Below are positions 48,466 through 57,714 of a stretch of 64,000 nucleotides of DNA, one piece after another. The number at the start of each line of letters is the position of its first letter. The first letter of the stretch is position 1. The notes below the pieces were generated by a model. It did no database searches and was not told where the DNA came from. It saw nothing but the letters and a program-made list of their open reading frames with translations. Source of the stretch: Candidatus Gottesmanbacteria bacterium GW2011_GWA2_43_14 (GTDB taxonomy: Bacteria; Patescibacteriota; Microgenomatia; 2-02-FULL-39-11); NCBI GenBank assembly GCA_000999095.1, contig LCFP01000012.1, positions 4,140 through 68,139 on the forward strand, given 5' to 3'. The translations under genes were made by a program, and so were the position numbers.

Positions 48466-48873
48466 ATGGCACGTATAGCAGGAATTGATTTACCAAACCA
48501 TAAAAGAATCGATATCGCCCTGACATACCTTTATGGCATCGGCAGGAGAAATGTGGTTGCTCTCTTGTCAACAGCCAAAGTCGAGGCCTTCAAAAGGGTA
48601 GGTAAATTATCCGAGGAAGAAGTCTCCCGCATTATGAAAGTACTGGACAAGGATTTCAAAATCGAGGGTGACCTTAAAATTGAAGTTGCCGAAAATATCA
48701 AAAGACTCAAGGAGATCGGCAGCTACCGCGGTTTGCGGCATACGCACAATCTGCCGTCACGTGGGCAAAGAACCCGGGTCAATGCCAGAACCAAAAGAGG
48801 CCGCAGACAGACTGTAGGTGCCATGAGAAAAGATATGAGGGCCAAACTGACAACTCCGGCTCCCGCCAAATAA
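48466..48873 (+). CDS. rpsM: Ribosomal protein S13
   Basis: S13 family. Confidence 0.9.
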   Translation: MARIAGIDLPNHKRIDIALTYLYGIGRRNVVALLSTAKVEAFKRVGKLSEEEVSRIMKVLDKDFKIEGDLKIEVAENIKRLKEIGSYRGLRHTHNLPSRGQRTRVNARTKRGRRQTVGAMRKDMRAKLTTPAPAK

Positions 48874-48876
48874 CTT

Positions 48877-49245
48877 ATGAAAAAAACAGCAAAAATCAGC
48901 GAAAAAGGCAAAGTTTTTATTACTTCCACTTTCAACAATACCATCATTACTTTGACCGATGAAAAAGGCAACACTTTAGGCTGGGGTTCGTCCGGCAGCG
49001 TCGGTTTCAAAGGCACACGCAAATCAACGCCCTTTGCCGCAACCAGCGCGGTTGATCAGGTGGTAAAAAAAGTCATGATGAAAAACCGCTTGAGAAGCGT
49101 CGAAGTTTATATTAAAGGACCGGGTTCAGGCAGGGATGCGGCCTTAAGAGCGTTGAAAAGCGCCGGATTAACCATTTCCATGATTGCCGACGTCACACCC
49201 ATGCCCCACAACGGGGTCAGGCCGAAGAAAAAGAGGAGAGTCTAA
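48877..49245 (+). CDS. rpsK: Ribosomal protein S11
   Basis: S11 family. Confidence 0.9.
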   Translation: MKKTAKISEKGKVFITSTFNNTIITLTDEKGNTLGWGSSGSVGFKGTRKSTPFAATSAVDQVVKKVMMKNRLRSVEVYIKGPGSGRDAALRALKSAGLTISMIADVTPMPHNGVRPKKKRRV

Positions 49246-49866
49246 ATGGCAAGATACAGAGGACCCAAAAACAGAATTGCCAGAAGGGAAGGCATTGATC
49301 TGGGGCTTAAGACCCCCGGATCCAATTCCCACGCCAATCTACTGAAAAGACTGAAGATAACTCCCGGTATGCACGGGCAAAAAAGAAGGAGAAAACCTTC
49401 GGATTACGGTTTGCAGTTGAGGGAAAAACAGAAGGTAAAAAGGCTTTACGGACTTTTGGAAAAACAGTTCAGGAGATATTTCGAAAAAGCATCAAGCCAT
49501 CCCCAAAATACCGGTGAGATGATGCTGTCTCTCCTGGAAAGACGTTTGGACAATGTGGTCTACCGCATGAATTTGGCTCCTACCAGGACCAGTGCCCGGC
49601 AGTTCGTCACCCACGGACACGTGACGGTTGACAACAAAAAAGTCAATATTCCCTCATTTTCGGTTAAAGCCGGCCAGGTGATCTCCTATGAACCGAAGTT
49701 TCTGGAAAACCCCCTGGTGAAGAAAATGCTGGAAATAAAAGATGCCACCCTTGCTTCCTGGCTTGCCAAAAAAGGTCCGGTGGGCAAAATTGCCCGCTTG
49801 CCGAAAAGGGATGACATTGCCGAACCGATTAACGAACAGCTTATTATTGAGTTTTATTCGAGATAA
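49246..49866 (+). CDS. rpsD: Ribosomal protein S4
   Basis: S4 family. Confidence 0.9.
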   Translation: MARYRGPKNRIARREGIDLGLKTPGSNSHANLLKRLKITPGMHGQKRRRKPSDYGLQLREKQKVKRLYGLLEKQFRRYFEKASSHPQNTGEMMLSLLERRLDNVVYRMNLAPTRTSARQFVTHGHVTVDNKKVNIPSFSVKAGQVISYEPKFLENPLVKKMLEIKDATLASWLAKKGPVGKIARLPKRDDIAEPINEQLIIEFYSR

Positions 49867-49882
49867 CCTTTAAGGAGGATAT

Positions 49883-50800
49883 ATGCAGGAACCAAGATTC
49901 AACATCAGGGAGGAAACATCTTCTGAGGATTACGGCAAGTTTTCATTTGAGCCTTTGGAACAGGGTTACGGTCACACGCTCGGTGTTTCCCTGAGAAGGG
50001 TGCTCCTGACAAGCCTTAAAGGAGCCGCCATTACCAAAGTAAGGATTGATTCTGTTAAACATCAGTTTTCCACCATGCCGGGGTTGAAGGAAGATGTCAT
50101 CCAGCTATTATTGAATATCAAAAAAATCAGGGTCCAGCTCCTGTCAGACAAAGGCATGACCGCTAAATTAAACGTTAAAGGGCCGGGGAAATTTTATGCA
50201 AAAGATATAAGCGCGCCCGAAGCGGAGATAATCAACAAGGATTTATATTTGGGTGAACTGACATCCAATAAAGCCAAAATGAACATGGAGCTTTATATTG
50301 AACCGGGATTAGGTTATGTAACCGCCGAAGACTATGCGGGGAGCAAGGAAATGAATATGATGATTCTGGATGCCCTATACAGCCCGGTTGTCAGGGTCAA
50401 TTACAAAGTGGAAGCCACCCGTGTCGGCCGTGTGACTGATTTGGATAAATTAATTATGGAAATTTGGACTGACGGATCGATAAGTCCCAAGGACAGCATT
50501 AAAGAAGCTTCCAAAATTCTGGTGGCTTATTTTATGCAGATTTTCGAACCGAAAGCCAAAAGCACGGACAGCGTAGCCGTAACCCCGTCGGTTTCCGAAG
50601 AGGTTTTGAAAATGACCCTGGAAGAGCTTGACCTGCAGACCAGGATTGTCAATGCGCTTCATAACGGAGGCATCGATACCGTCGGTCAGCTTTTGGGGAC
50701 ACCGAAAAAAGATCTTTATAAAATCAAAAATCTGGGAGCAAAATCCATTACTCACATTGAGGGAATTCTCAGGGATAAAGGTATCGCCCTGACTGTCTGA
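49883..50800 (+). CDS. rpoA: RNA polymerase alpha subunit
   Basis: N-terminal dimerisation domain plus C-terminal domain. Confidence 0.9.
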   Translation: MQEPRFNIREETSSEDYGKFSFEPLEQGYGHTLGVSLRRVLLTSLKGAAITKVRIDSVKHQFSTMPGLKEDVIQLLLNIKKIRVQLLSDKGMTAKLNVKGPGKFYAKDISAPEAEIINKDLYLGELTSNKAKMNMELYIEPGLGYVTAEDYAGSKEMNMMILDALYSPVVRVNYKVEATRVGRVTDLDKLIMEIWTDGSISPKDSIKEASKILVAYFMQIFEPKAKSTDSVAVTPSVSEEVLKMTLEELDLQTRIVNALHNGGIDTVGQLLGTPKKDLYKIKNLGAKSITHIEGILRDKGIALTV

Positions 50801-50804
50801 AGAA

Positions 50805-51254
50805 ATGAGACATAACGTATTCGGCCGAAAATTAAACCGGGATGTTAAGGAGCGCAAGGCTCTGTTCCGAAGCCTGGTCAATGCCTTTATAGAAAAAGGC
50901 CGCATCAAAACAACCAAGGCCAAAGCCAAAGCGGTGATTTCCCTGATCGAGAAACTGGTCACCAAGTCAAAAGACGGTTCCAGGGCATCGATGACGGTTC
51001 TTATGTCATTTTTCAACCGCAAGGAACCGGTCCATAAACTGACGCATGAAATCGCTCCCCGCTTCAAGGATAAAGTCGGTGGTTATATCAGGATGATTCA
51101 GTTGGGAAGACGCCACGGGGATAATGCCCAGGAGGTTTTGCTGGAATGGACAGTGCCGGAGCCTGTTCCGGTAAAAGCTGCCAAAGTTCCGGCCGCGAAA
51201 AAAACAGCCAAACCCGAAGCAAAAAAAGAAGTTAAAAAGAAAGGTAAAAAATGA
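50805..51254 (+). CDS. rplQ: Ribosomal protein L17
   Basis: L17 family, with a K/A-rich tail. Confidence 0.9.
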   Translation: MRHNVFGRKLNRDVKERKALFRSLVNAFIEKGRIKTTKAKAKAVISLIEKLVTKSKDGSRASMTVLMSFFNRKEPVHKLTHEIAPRFKDKVGGYIRMIQLGRRHGDNAQEVLLEWTVPEPVPVKAAKVPAAKKTAKPEAKKEVKKKGKK

Positions 51255-51673
51255 AAGGCGCAACCAGACCTACCAGAAGCGGGGAAATTGTCAGGAATTG
51301 GCATCTGATCGACCTTAAAGGCAAGATATTGGGTCGGGCCGCCGGCGATATCGCCGCCAAATTAATCGGCAAGAGCAAACCCTATTTTGTACCGAATTTG
51401 GATTGCGGCGACTATGTGATTGTCGTAAATGCTACCGGAGTGGAAGTCACCGGAAAAAAAGAGTCGCAGAAAGAATATCATCATTTTTCAGGCTATCCGG
51501 GCGGACTTAAGAGAAAACCTTACCACCGGGTCATGCAGGAGAAGCCGGAAAGAATCATACAAGAGGCGGTATCGGGCATGCTGCCGAAAAACAAACTGAG
51601 GGATTCCATGCTTACCAGGCTTTACGTTTATCCGGGCAGTGAGCATCCTTACAAGGCAAAACTTACGAAATAA
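51251..51673 (+). CDS. rplM: Ribosomal protein L13
   Basis: L13 family. Confidence 0.9.
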   Translation: MKGATRPTRSGEIVRNWHLIDLKGKILGRAAGDIAAKLIGKSKPYFVPNLDCGDYVIVVNATGVEVTGKKESQKEYHHFSGYPGGLKRKPYHRVMQEKPERIIQEAVSGMLPKNKLRDSMLTRLYVYPGSEHPYKAKLTK

Positions 51674-51675
51674 AT

Positions 51676-52137
51676 ATGGCAGCTAAAAAAGAAAAGAAAA
51701 AACAGGCTCAATATTACGAAGCGGTTGGCCGCAGAAAGGAAGCCACGGCCAGGGTCCGCCTTTACACCATTACCGGAGATTCCGTTGATGTAAACGGTAC
51801 ATCCGTTAAAAAAGGTGAAATTGTAGTCAACAAAAAGCCGGTCGAACAATATTTTCCGGGAGAAGTTGCCAAGCGAATTTATCTTGAGCCGTTCAGGACG
51901 ACCAATACTGTCGGCAGGTTTACCGTTTCGGCTCTGGTTACGGGAGGCGGATCTTACGGCCAGATGGGGGCTTTCATCCATGCGGTTTCCAGGGTCCTCC
52001 AGGATATTGATAAGGACAAATTCCGCAGCATCCTCAAAAAAAGAGGTTTTTTGAAAAGGGATCCGCGTATGAAGGAACGCCGCAAAGCCGGTCTGGCGCA
52101 ATCCGCCCGCGCCAAAAAACAATCCCCCAAAAGATAA
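51676..52137 (+). CDS. rpsI: Ribosomal protein S9
   Basis: S9 family (GGG.TGQ..A). Confidence 0.9.
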   Translation: MAAKKEKKKQAQYYEAVGRRKEATARVRLYTITGDSVDVNGTSVKKGEIVVNKKPVEQYFPGEVAKRIYLEPFRTTNTVGRFTVSALVTGGGSYGQMGAFIHAVSRVLQDIDKDKFRSILKKRGFLKRDPRMKERRKAGLAQSARAKKQSPKR

Positions 52138-52140
52138 ATC

Positions 52141-52170
52141 AATACCTACACCCTCAATACCTACACCCTC
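52141..52170 (+). repeat. Tandem 15-bp direct repeat (aatacctacaccctc x2)
   Basis: Two exact adjacent copies directly after the rpsI stop. A third partial copy, ctacacctcc, lies inside the terminator. Confidence 0.8.
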
Positions 52171-52172
52171 CA

Positions 52173-52202
52173 GGTGTTATGAAGCTACACCTCCGTTTTT
52201 TA
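52173..52202 (+). terminator. Intrinsic terminator after rpsI (AGGUGU-uaugaagcu-ACACCU, then ccg and U6)
   Basis: Hairpin plus T-run read from the sequence. Confidence 0.5.
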
Positions 52203-52267
52203 TATAAACTAAAAATTCTACAATATCAGTATGTCCCGAGGCAGAAACAGAACAATAAATGATATAG

Positions 52268-53122
52268 TTATCCCGGCTTTCTGGTGGTGGCGATAATGTA
52301 CCTCCAGGATCCGTTTGCCTTCATATCACGGAAACCGACAGTTGCACACATTGCATTGACGAAATTTTTCTCCAATTTCAGCAATTTCAGAATGGAAAAA
52401 GGGATAACGGTCAGGCGGTATAACGTCTCCAGCATAGGGTTAATCCTGGGGGTGATTTCCTCTACTTTAATTGAGGTAAAATCGGCTTCCTTAAGCAATT
52501 TCGGGAAGCAGCCGTGATAAAATTTGTCAAGTCCGAACATGCCTGTTCCTGTTTTGATTTCCTGCCACAGCCGTTTTTGCGCCGGGGTCTGTTTTTTGCT
52601 TGAAGTTATGGTGTATTCAAATAAAACCAGTAACCCTTTAGGTTTAAGAAACTTACGGAATTTGCCTAAAGCCTTTTTATAATTCGCCACGTGAACCAGG
52701 GTCTCCATGGTGTAAATTGCGTCGAAATGATTTTCCGGAAAATTATATCTGGTGTAATCCCCCTGAATAAAATTTACTGCCGGACCCATTTTTGCCTTTT
52801 CAGCTTTTTTCCTGGCAATTTTTATGGAATTATCAATAAAATCGATGCCGGTCATCCGATAGCCGTATTTTCGGGCTAGGTGTATAGCGACATGTCCCTC
52901 CCCGCATCCCGCGTCCAGAACTTTGGAACCTATCGGTAAATCAAGTTTTTCCGCCAGATATTCTTCCATTTTAAGCTGAGCCTGGTACATGGAAAGCTTT
53001 TCCTGCCCGGGAGGATAGTATCCGAAATGCCGGATGCCTTTAAGAATGAGGGAGTAGCCCAGGCGGGATTCAAAAGTATGATAATAATCAATGACTTTTT
53101 GTTGATTTATACGGGAATTCAT
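52268..53122 (-). CDS. Class I SAM-dependent methyltransferase
   Basis: VLDAGCGEG motif I, with later motifs present. Specificity unknown. Confidence 0.7.
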   Translation of the reverse strand: MNSRINQQKVIDYYHTFESRLGYSLILKGIRHFGYYPPGQEKLSMYQAQLKMEEYLAEKLDLPIGSKVLDAGCGEGHVAIHLARKYGYRMTGIDFIDNSIKIARKKAEKAKMGPAVNFIQGDYTRYNFPENHFDAIYTMETLVHVANYKKALGKFRKFLKPKGLLVLFEYTITSSKKQTPAQKRLWQEIKTGTGMFGLDKFYHGCFPKLLKEADFTSIKVEEITPRINPMLETLYRLTVIPFSILKLLKLEKNFVNAMCATVGFRDMKANGSWRYIIATTRKPG

Positions 53123-53226
53123 CAGTTTTATTATAGTACACCAGTATTTCCAATATCCTCCAATATTTTTTAATATCTTGTAACTTCTTCTAATATTTGT
53201 TAAAAATAAATAAAGTTGATTTTCAT

Positions 53227-54216
53227 ATGCTTCTTGATTACGCTTATTCGATTACTCCGGCCATCACCGATCATCTATACCAGCTTGATGTCTTGAACAA
53301 AGCTTTGACTCTCATGCCTCATTTGCCGCATATCGAAGAGAATTTAAAGAGAAAATCACTCCTTAAGAGTTCCGTTTATTCCGCCAGGATTGAAGGCAAC
53401 CGCCTGAGAATGGAGGATGTGGAAAACTCCACGTTTGAGTTACGTGGCGAAACCCGCGAAAAACTGGAAATTGCCAATATTTTAAAAGCTATCCGCTGGC
53501 TCGATTCGCAAAGGTCAAATGTGCTGTCAAAAGCTTTTCTTATGGAACTGCATAAAATAGTCATGTCAGGTTTGACTGAAGAGCTGGGCAGGTTCAGGAG
53601 CAGTCAGTCGGCCATCTTCAATCAGGCAGGCGTCGCCATTTATCTGCCTCCGCCGGCTTCCGAAGTCGGGACATTGGTGGAAAAACTGATTGAACAGGCC
53701 CGATCCTCGAAAGATGCGGGGCCTTTGGTGTCAGCCCGCTTCCATTTTGTTTTCGAGAAAATCCATCCTTTTCTGGACGGCAACGGCAGGGTTGGCAGGC
53801 TGGTTTCGGCTTTCATCCTGGAAAAAACAGGTTACGGTTTTAGGAAGCTTGTTTCTCTGGAAGAATATTTGGAAAATGAAAGAGAAAGGTATTATCATTT
53901 TCTGAATACCGCAGGCAAAGACATAACCGGATTTATTGAATTTTTTCTTGAAGGGTTTGTATTGCAGGCGGAAAAAGCCTTGGTCAATTTGGGAAAAACA
54001 AAGGAAGAACTGCCGGAAGACAGCCTTCTCCCCAGGCGGCGTGAAATTCTGGAAATTATCAGGGACCAGAAAATGGTTTCATTCGATGCCATAAAAAGGA
54101 GGTTTTTTAAAGTGCCGTCAAGCACAATCCATTACGATTTAAAACAGCTGACAAAGGACAGGTTCATAAAAAAACTCGGCAAAACCCGCGGTTCGCTTTA
54201 TACACCGGCCGACTGA
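53227..54216 (+). CDS. Fic family protein (AMPylation domain plus a C-terminal winged helix)
   Basis: Fic motif HPFLDGNGRVGRL. Confidence 0.85.
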   Translation: MLLDYAYSITPAITDHLYQLDVLNKALTLMPHLPHIEENLKRKSLLKSSVYSARIEGNRLRMEDVENSTFELRGETREKLEIANILKAIRWLDSQRSNVLSKAFLMELHKIVMSGLTEELGRFRSSQSAIFNQAGVAIYLPPPASEVGTLVEKLIEQARSSKDAGPLVSARFHFVFEKIHPFLDGNGRVGRLVSAFILEKTGYGFRKLVSLEEYLENERERYYHFLNTAGKDITGFIEFFLEGFVLQAEKALVNLGKTKEELPEDSLLPRRREILEIIRDQKMVSFDAIKRRFFKVPSSTIHYDLKQLTKDRFIKKLGKTRGSLYTPAD

Positions 54217-54223
54217 CTGACAA

Positions 54224-55081
54224 ATGAAAATAGCTTTTATCACCTTTAGAGATGTTCCCGCACTTAATCCCGGCGATAAGTTGCTGGTCAAACCCGTAGA
54301 GTCGTTGGGACATCAGGTTTTCGCTGTCCCCTGGGATAGGAAGGCAACCGACTGGTCAAGTTTTGATGCTGTTATTCCGCGTTCCTGCTGGAATTACCAT
54401 TTAAAGTTTGCTGATTTTTTATCCTGGTTAAACTCGGTCAGCCGGTCAGGCCCGAAGATATTGAATCCGTTGGAAATCATCCGCTGGAATGCCTATAAAA
54501 CATACTTATTTGATCTTGAAAAAAAAGGGGTTGAAATAATTCCGTCTGTGCTGGTCAAAAAAAATTCCCCGTCGATACCGGAGGATATTTTTTACAAATT
54601 CAAATCTGAAGAATTGGTCATAAAGCCGACGGTGGGAGCCTCAGCTTTCAATATTATCTCAGTCAAAAAATCTGAGCTAAAATATAAGCTGAAAGATCTG
54701 GATCGGGTACTGCGGCATTCCGATTGCCTCATTCAACCGCTTTTTGAGGAAATTTATGGAGGAGAGATTTCCATGGTTTTTATTGATAAAGAGTTCAGCC
54801 ATGCGGTTATCAAACGCCCGCGGAAAAATGAATTCAGAGTTCAGATCGAATTAGGTGGGACGGAAAAACCCGTAAAATTGCCCGGGGAAGTCATTAACGC
54901 CGGCAAAAAGATCATTGATAATGTTGCCGGTGATTTATTGTATGCGCGGGTCGACGGACTAATTAATAAAGGAAGATTTATTCTCATGGAGCTTGAGTTG
55001 ATTGAGCCTTACCTATTCGTGGAATTTCATCCACCTTCCGCCTTCCGCTTTGCCGAAGCATTGAATCGGTTAATTGTTTGA
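54224..55081 (+). CDS. RimK-like ATP-grasp ligase
   Basis: Collinear with E. coli RimK: FDAVIPR, LVIKPTVGASAF, and a C-terminal ...ARVDGL....ILMELELIEP. Confidence 0.7.
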   Translation: MKIAFITFRDVPALNPGDKLLVKPVESLGHQVFAVPWDRKATDWSSFDAVIPRSCWNYHLKFADFLSWLNSVSRSGPKILNPLEIIRWNAYKTYLFDLEKKGVEIIPSVLVKKNSPSIPEDIFYKFKSEELVIKPTVGASAFNIISVKKSELKYKLKDLDRVLRHSDCLIQPLFEEIYGGEISMVFIDKEFSHAVIKRPRKNEFRVQIELGGTEKPVKLPGEVINAGKKIIDNVAGDLLYARVDGLINKGRFILMELELIEPYLFVEFHPPSAFRFAEALNRLIV

Positions 55082-55961
55082 AAACAGCCAGGTGGCCTGA
55101 GATTCTTTCCTCTTTATTGCTGCTTCTCCAGGGAGTTTCGACAGTAATGACAGGTATCTTTATTGAAGACAGATATGCTCCCATAGTCTGGGCTTTTATA
55201 AATTTTTTCCACAACCGGTTCAGTATTGCAAAGCCGAATCCCAAAGGGGAATATCCCGCAATTTTTAATTTTCTGCCGTAATAATCCGTTTCTGTTAAAG
55301 AAAATTTATTCTCTTTAAGAAATTTTATTATCCTCACAGCAGTCTCCTGCGGAACAAATTTATTGGCATAAAAAAACATGCCTTGTTTTTGGGGGCTTTC
55401 ATGAAGAGAGAGGACAAAGTCCGGCCGGAATTTTTCAACCTCCTTTTTTATAAGGGCTGCTTCCCGGCTTCGGAAAATAACAAAATCGCGGTTGATGTCC
55501 AGGCCTTCGGCATTATATCTTGATTTGCATGTTGCCCCGACTGGATTTGCCGGGGTTATGATTCTGATTTCCATTTCCCTGTAGCGGCTGAAACGGCTGC
55601 GCAGTTCTTTAAGTATCTCCGGTATGGCCATCATGGCCGCCTGTTCATTGCCGTGGATGCCGGCGATAACCAGTAATTTTTTATTTGTTTTTATGCCTTT
55701 AAAATTTATTTTGAGGATGGGATATTTTTTATCCCGGTAGGTTATCTCAGCTATTTTTGAGATTGCATATAATTTTTTGAAACTTAAAATCTTCCTGTAA
55801 TATTCATCCAAATTGAAATCCAGATAATAGATGCCCAATTCCGTTTCTTCTTCAGGACCCTTTCCGGGATATCCGGTTAAATGGTATTTCCAAAAAAGCC
55901 TGAGGTTTTTATAAACGGCTCTCAACATTTCGAAATAATAATTACAGCTGTCAGTAAACAA
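54984..55961 (-). CDS. M14-family zinc deacylase/peptidase (succinylglutamate desuccinylase / aspartoacylase / MpaA-like)
   Basis: LLVIAGIHGNEQAAM (HxxE zinc site) and later His/Glu residues. Its 3' end overlaps the ATP-grasp 3' end by 98 nt on the opposite strand. Confidence 0.7.
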   Translation of the reverse strand: MFTDSCNYYFEMLRAVYKNLRLFWKYHLTGYPGKGPEEETELGIYYLDFNLDEYYRKILSFKKLYAISKIAEITYRDKKYPILKINFKGIKTNKKLLVIAGIHGNEQAAMMAIPEILKELRSRFSRYREMEIRIITPANPVGATCKSRYNAEGLDINRDFVIFRSREAALIKKEVEKFRPDFVLSLHESPQKQGMFFYANKFVPQETAVRIIKFLKENKFSLTETDYYGRKLKIAGYSPLGFGFAILNRLWKKFIKAQTMGAYLSSIKIPVITVETPWRSSNKEERISGHLAVFKQLTDSMLRQSGRRKVDEIPRIGKAQSTQAP

Positions 55962-56580
55962 TTACCGGAGTACCGACGGGGGCCCAGGCAAAGAGCTGTT
56001 CGGCTTCGGGAGTTTTCATATTGATGCAGCCGTGGGACATCGGTTGTCCGAAGTTGTTATGCCAGTAGGTGCCATGGAAGGAAAAACCGCGGTACCAGGG
56101 AATCTGGCTATTGCCGTAAAACATGACCCAGGGAACGTTGGGCAGGTAGTAATAAGTATTATTGGCCTTGTTGCCTCCGGACATCTTTTGCGCCCGGACT
56201 TTGCGTTCAATAGTGAAAGTACCTCTCGGAGTCGGATACCATTTACCGGTCGAGACGATAAAATCAAAGAGTAAAGAATTTCCCTCAAAAGCATAAACAT
56301 GCTGGTTGGCCAGGTTGACTTCTATCCTTTTGGCTCCTACCTGTTCTCCTAAAACAAAAGCAAAGGAATCGTTGATCGGAGGGACAGTTACATTTGTGCC
56401 GAAATATTCACCGGAAGTTGCCGCTGGATCAAACTGGTCGGAGATTTGGTTTTCATTTTCATGTGGCAGGCAGCCGATGGCAGCTGCAGGCTGGATTGGT
56501 TCAAGCGGTTTAATGATAAACCATAAAGCGGCCAGTTCGGCAAAGGTCAAAAATATCAGTAAATAAGAAATTTTCTTCAC
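55951..56580 (-). CDS. L,D-transpeptidase (YkuD domain)
   Basis: N-terminal TM helix. Catalytic motif SHGCINM. Confidence 0.8.
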   Translation of the reverse strand: MKKISYLLIFLTFAELAALWFIIKPLEPIQPAAAIGCLPHENENQISDQFDPAATSGEYFGTNVTVPPINDSFAFVLGEQVGAKRIEVNLANQHVYAFEGNSLLFDFIVSTGKWYPTPRGTFTIERKVRAQKMSGGNKANNTYYYLPNVPWVMFYGNSQIPWYRGFSFHGTYWHNNFGQPMSHGCINMKTPEAEQLFAWAPVGTPVIVY

Positions 56581-56640
56581 TTTTTCCAGTATATGCTATG
56601 GAAAATACGTTTGACAACATCTTGGTCTTGGGGAAAAAAT

Positions 56641-57021
56641 TTAAGCGGTTGGATTATAAGTATCAATGTCTTTCATGGGGTAATGTTTCAGATTAAGGGA
56701 AACTAAGATCAGATTATTGACGTTTGCGGTTCCCGCGATCAGACAGTCCAGCAAGTTGAGATTTTTAAATTTCTTATTGAATTGTTGGAAATACAGTCCT
56801 GCCTGTTTGGCAACCGGAGATGTTATATCCCAAGCCTGAAATTCATTTAAAACATTTTCTGTTTTGAGCAGTTCGGAAGGGTATATATTTTTGTATATTT
56901 CGGCAATGGTAACAGTTGAGATGGAAAGTGAGTCTTTATTTTTCAGCTGAAGCAGTAAATCCGTAAATTTTTTATTCCCCCTTAAGACCCAGATCAGGAC
57001 ATCCGTATCAATTAAATACAT
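56641..57021 (-). CDS. vapC: PIN-domain toxin VapC
   Basis: MYLIDTDVLIWVL plus later acidic residues. Confidence 0.75.
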   Translation of the reverse strand: MYLIDTDVLIWVLRGNKKFTDLLLQLKNKDSLSISTVTIAEIYKNIYPSELLKTENVLNEFQAWDITSPVAKQAGLYFQQFNKKFKNLNLLDCLIAGTANVNNLILVSLNLKHYPMKDIDTYNPTA

Positions 57022-57023
57022 GG

Positions 57024-57302
57024 TTAGTAATTTCTGTCTGAGGCTTTTCTTTCCTTTTCAACCCATGCGGAAACGTCTTTTTTAGTCCGCCATTCGGGAT
57101 GGTTAGCTGCTGTCAGGACACCGCTTGCAATTTTCAGTGCTTTTGTAAAAGTGTCGGGGTTGAATTTTTTCTTGCCGACAAGCTGGGCAATTTTTTCGTC
57201 TTTTTTTTCGTCCCGCAATATTATCGTATGGCCGTCTCTGGCTTTGGCGATATAGTCTGCGATTTGCTGGCGGAACTGGCTGATAGAAACGTTTATGATC
57301 AT
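57024..57302 (-). CDS. Phd/YefM-like antitoxin
   Basis: 92 aa. Its stop lies 2 nt before vapC. N-terminal ISISQFRQQIADYIAKA..GHTIIL. Confidence 0.6.
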   Translation of the reverse strand: MIINVSISQFRQQIADYIAKARDGHTIILRDEKKDEKIAQLVGKKKFNPDTFTKALKIASGVLTAANHPEWRTKKDVSAWVEKERKASDRNY

Positions 57303-57370
57303 TGGTTAATATTAGTACATATTGTACATTTTGTCAATCTCAGACGGATCTTATTTAACGCTTTTCTGTG

Positions 57371-57443
57371 TCGGGGCGACACGATTTGAACGTGCGACCA
57401 CACGACCCCCAGCCGTGTGCTCTACCAACTGAGCTACGCCCCG
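57371..57443 (-). tRNA. tRNA-Pro (anticodon GGG)
   Basis: Manual fold: acceptor CGGGGCG/CGCCCCG, U8 A9, D-arm GCUC-AGUUGGUA-GAGC, anticodon stem CACGG/UCGUG with loop CU-GGG-GG, T-arm GCACG-UUCAAAU-CGUGU, discriminator A. CCA is not encoded. Confidence 0.8.
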
Positions 57444-57703
57444 ATATTTTTACTCTCTATTAACTTCAAAATTAATTCTTTTATTTGTTTTCCAAAACCT
57501 GTTTTATAAAATTTTTCTCGTAACTTTGCATCCTTTTCGCATTGGTATTTTTCGAAATATTTTAATAAGAAAGGGCCGTTATATCGTGACCATTGATTTG
57601 ACCCGTTATTATGTTCATTGACTCGAATTTTCGGAATTTTTGTTGTTGATCCGACATATACCTTTCCATTCTTTTTACTTTTCATAAAGTAAAGGTAAGG
57701 CAT
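57434..57703 (-). CDS. GIY-YIG nuclease family protein (small, YhbQ/UPF0213-like)
   Basis: YLYFMKSKKNGKVYVGSTTKIPKIRVNEHN, i.e. GIY...YIG...R..E.H(N). Its last four codons are encoded by the tRNA-Pro 5' end. Confidence 0.7.
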   Translation of the reverse strand: MPYLYFMKSKKNGKVYVGSTTKIPKIRVNEHNNGSNQWSRYNGPFLLKYFEKYQCEKDAKLREKFYKTGFGKQIKELILKLIESKNIGA

Positions 57704-57714
57704 TTTTTAATATT

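Noticed and set aside
52138-57443. Classical integrase-mediated genomic island at the tRNA-Pro 3' end
   Set aside because: No integrase gene. No direct repeat of the tRNA 3' end found near the rpsI-side boundary (52138-52270).
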